A stretch of 64,000 nucleotides of DNA from Callorhinchus milii (lineage: Eukaryota): the NCBI RefSeq assembly GCF_018977255.1, contig NW_024704743.1, positions 29,824,001 through 29,888,000 on the forward strand, read 5' to 3'. Positions 61,896 through 64,000 of the stretch are shown here, in pieces. The position numbers were made by a program, and so were the translations under genes. The notes under the pieces are model-generated. The model was not told where the DNA came from. It saw only the letters and a program-made list of their open reading frames with translations, and searched no databases. How positions within the stretch are numbered: position 1 is the stretch's first letter; each line of letters begins with the position of its first letter.

Positions 61896-63574
61896 TTCAA
61901 TTGATATGCAAATTTCCCAACTCAGTAATAGGTTACTGCTGAGAAAATCCCCCCACCCCACACAACTTCATTAATATCACCAGTTTCTGACATGACCAAA
62001 ACTGCAAACTCTCAATGTGGGATCTGCTGGAGAAGAACTTGTATTGTACAAGCCATTGGCACAGCAGATTGCTCCAGTGTACCCAACTACTTTGCCACCT
62101 TCAGAATGTAGATTTCTTAATGACGTACCGTAGGTAAGAGATGGTGCTGACTTTATCTGAATTTTAACTAAAATAGCTGTGCCACCGGCCTTTTCTTGTA
62201 TGTTATTCATTACATTGAAGTTTAATTGCAGACTGGTTAAAACAGTGTTTAATTAGATTTGACACAACTGCACCTCTCCAAGAACATCATCAGAAGTGTT
62301 AGTGCTGTAGGCCTGGTGAGCTCCTCAGTGTTATTTTTAATTGAAATGCAAATTGCATTATTTAATTCAAGTTTGACACAAAGGTTGTTTTTTGATGAAC
62401 AGTGAACATTCTGTCATTTAATAATAATAATCCTTGCATTTGATATAGAGCCTTATTACATCTTCGAGACATGTCAAAGCGCTTCACAGAATATACTGTA
62501 AAGTGAATTGACTGTATATTTTGAGGGAAAAACTTGCCCAACATTTGATCAACTGCATCTTTATGCCTTTATGCCAACTTAGTGCACAAGGCAGTATGGA
62601 TGCTAAACATGAACCATTAGGATTCAGAGCCTTTATACTGGAATTATAATTTCTACTCATAGAATAAAATATTGAATGACGCAATGTTAGACTTGCATAT
62701 CAGACATTTAAAACAGAGACCCAAGTTTTAGTTGCAATCACAGTTGAAATTAAAAGTAGTTCGTTGGTTGCAACCAGGAGCCGAGGAAAAGGGATGTGAA
62801 AACCTTTCTTTGTAATCCACTTGTCAATTGGTTCAGTTATCATGTCATTGGGTGTATTTTGGAGATCAAATTTACAACTCACTGTGAAACTATAGGTCAG
62901 CATGTACAAGCGTACCAGCGTGTACAAGAGTACAAGAGTACAAGAGCTGGTGGAGTTATGGACTTCCTCGAGGGTAGTTCATGAGCTTCTGCATTCAGAG
63001 GAGTATTGTGAAGAGCTTTCTCCTAAGTGAAGTGGCATTTGTAATACACCATTACTGTAATACTATTCTTGTTCAGTGTGTTAAATGTTTAATTAGTTTT
63101 GAATGTTGATTGCAGTAAGGACTATTAGTGAATGATTCCCTGCAGTAAGCTACTATCTTTAATTTGACTGCAGGGACTGACCAGAAATTGACAATTGCAC
63201 TCACCATCTGCTTGCTCTGTGGATGACTAGCTCAGTTCCACAACACAAACAAAAGTTATTTCACACACCTTACCATAAGAAATTATTTACTTTTTTTTGT
63301 GTTTGCCTTTGTCATCCTGTCATACCTTCTACTAAATAGTTAATCAGGAAGGTTATTACATCGGGACTTGAACTCACATAGTCTAAGTTGACCATCTGAT
63401 GTAGTGCTGGGGGGCTGTTGATTTGTCGGAGGTGCTATCTTTTGGATGCAACATTAAACTGAGGTCCTTCAGCCTGTTGAAATTGTTATTAAAGATTCCA
63501 TGGCACTATTCTCAATGAGAGAGGAGTTTCTCCTATTGTCGTGAGTTTTTCTTTACGCTAATCCAGTGTAATAT

Positions 63575-63912
63575 TAATAATAATAATCCTTGCATTTAAT
63601 ATAGTGCCTTATCACGCTGTTGAGACATGTCAAAGAGCTTCACAGGATAGACTGTAAGTGAATTGATTGTATATATACAGTGAGTGAGCAAATTAGTAAT
63701 ATTATGAATTTTTCCAAGGAATTATTACCCGTAGTTAGCGGTCTGCCAATCGACTAACTAACAGCCGATTAGCAGATCCGACCTACGGCTAGGTAAACAG
63801 AGGCGTGTGGAATAAGGAGTATTGCCTAAGGTTTCACCCTGCCTGGAAATCGAACCCAGGTTCTCTTGCTTGTGAGGCGAGTGCTCTAACCACTGAGCTA
63901 CAGGACTCCACT
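63575..63912 (-). mobile_element. tRNA-Ala-like SINE, long variant
   Basis: Head, GTTTACCTAGC...GTTAGTCGATTGG insert and (TTA)n tail. Confidence 0.85.
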
Positions 63913-64000
63913 GAGGTAGCGTTTCATTGTTGGAGTGCTCTTCTTACAATAAGATTCTATCTCAAGGCTCAAATGGATTGTAAAGATCCCATTGCACTAT

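Overview
This is eukaryotic genomic DNA from a vertebrate, most likely a cartilaginous fish, judging from the CR1/L2 LINEs, Deu-type SINEs and protein divergence (inference). It carries the conserved gene block GMNN(-) / C6orf62(+) / ACOT13(-) / TDP2(+) / KIAA0319(+, 5' end only). I reconstructed four complete spliced CDSs by hand with GT-AG boundaries and consistent phases: geminin (226 aa), C6orf62 (230 aa), ACOT13 (140 aa) and TDP2 (408 aa). A signal-peptide exon fits KIAA0319. Introns and intergenic DNA are dense with L2 and CR1 fragments, a young tRNA-Ala-like SINE that shares its 3' tail with L2, older Deu-type SINEs, a candidate solo LTR and large promoter-flanking minisatellites. The most unusual observation is an unclassified interspersed repeat with about 9 fragments in the window. 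One copy forms the DNA immediately upstream of the TDP2 start codon. That copy kept CpGs that its siblings lost, was split by a young SINE and seeded a ~620-bp satellite. Most long ORFs in the supplied track are repeat artefacts. No prokaryote-type system (CRISPR etc.) is present. All homology statements come from recalled sequences and by-eye alignment; no searches were run.
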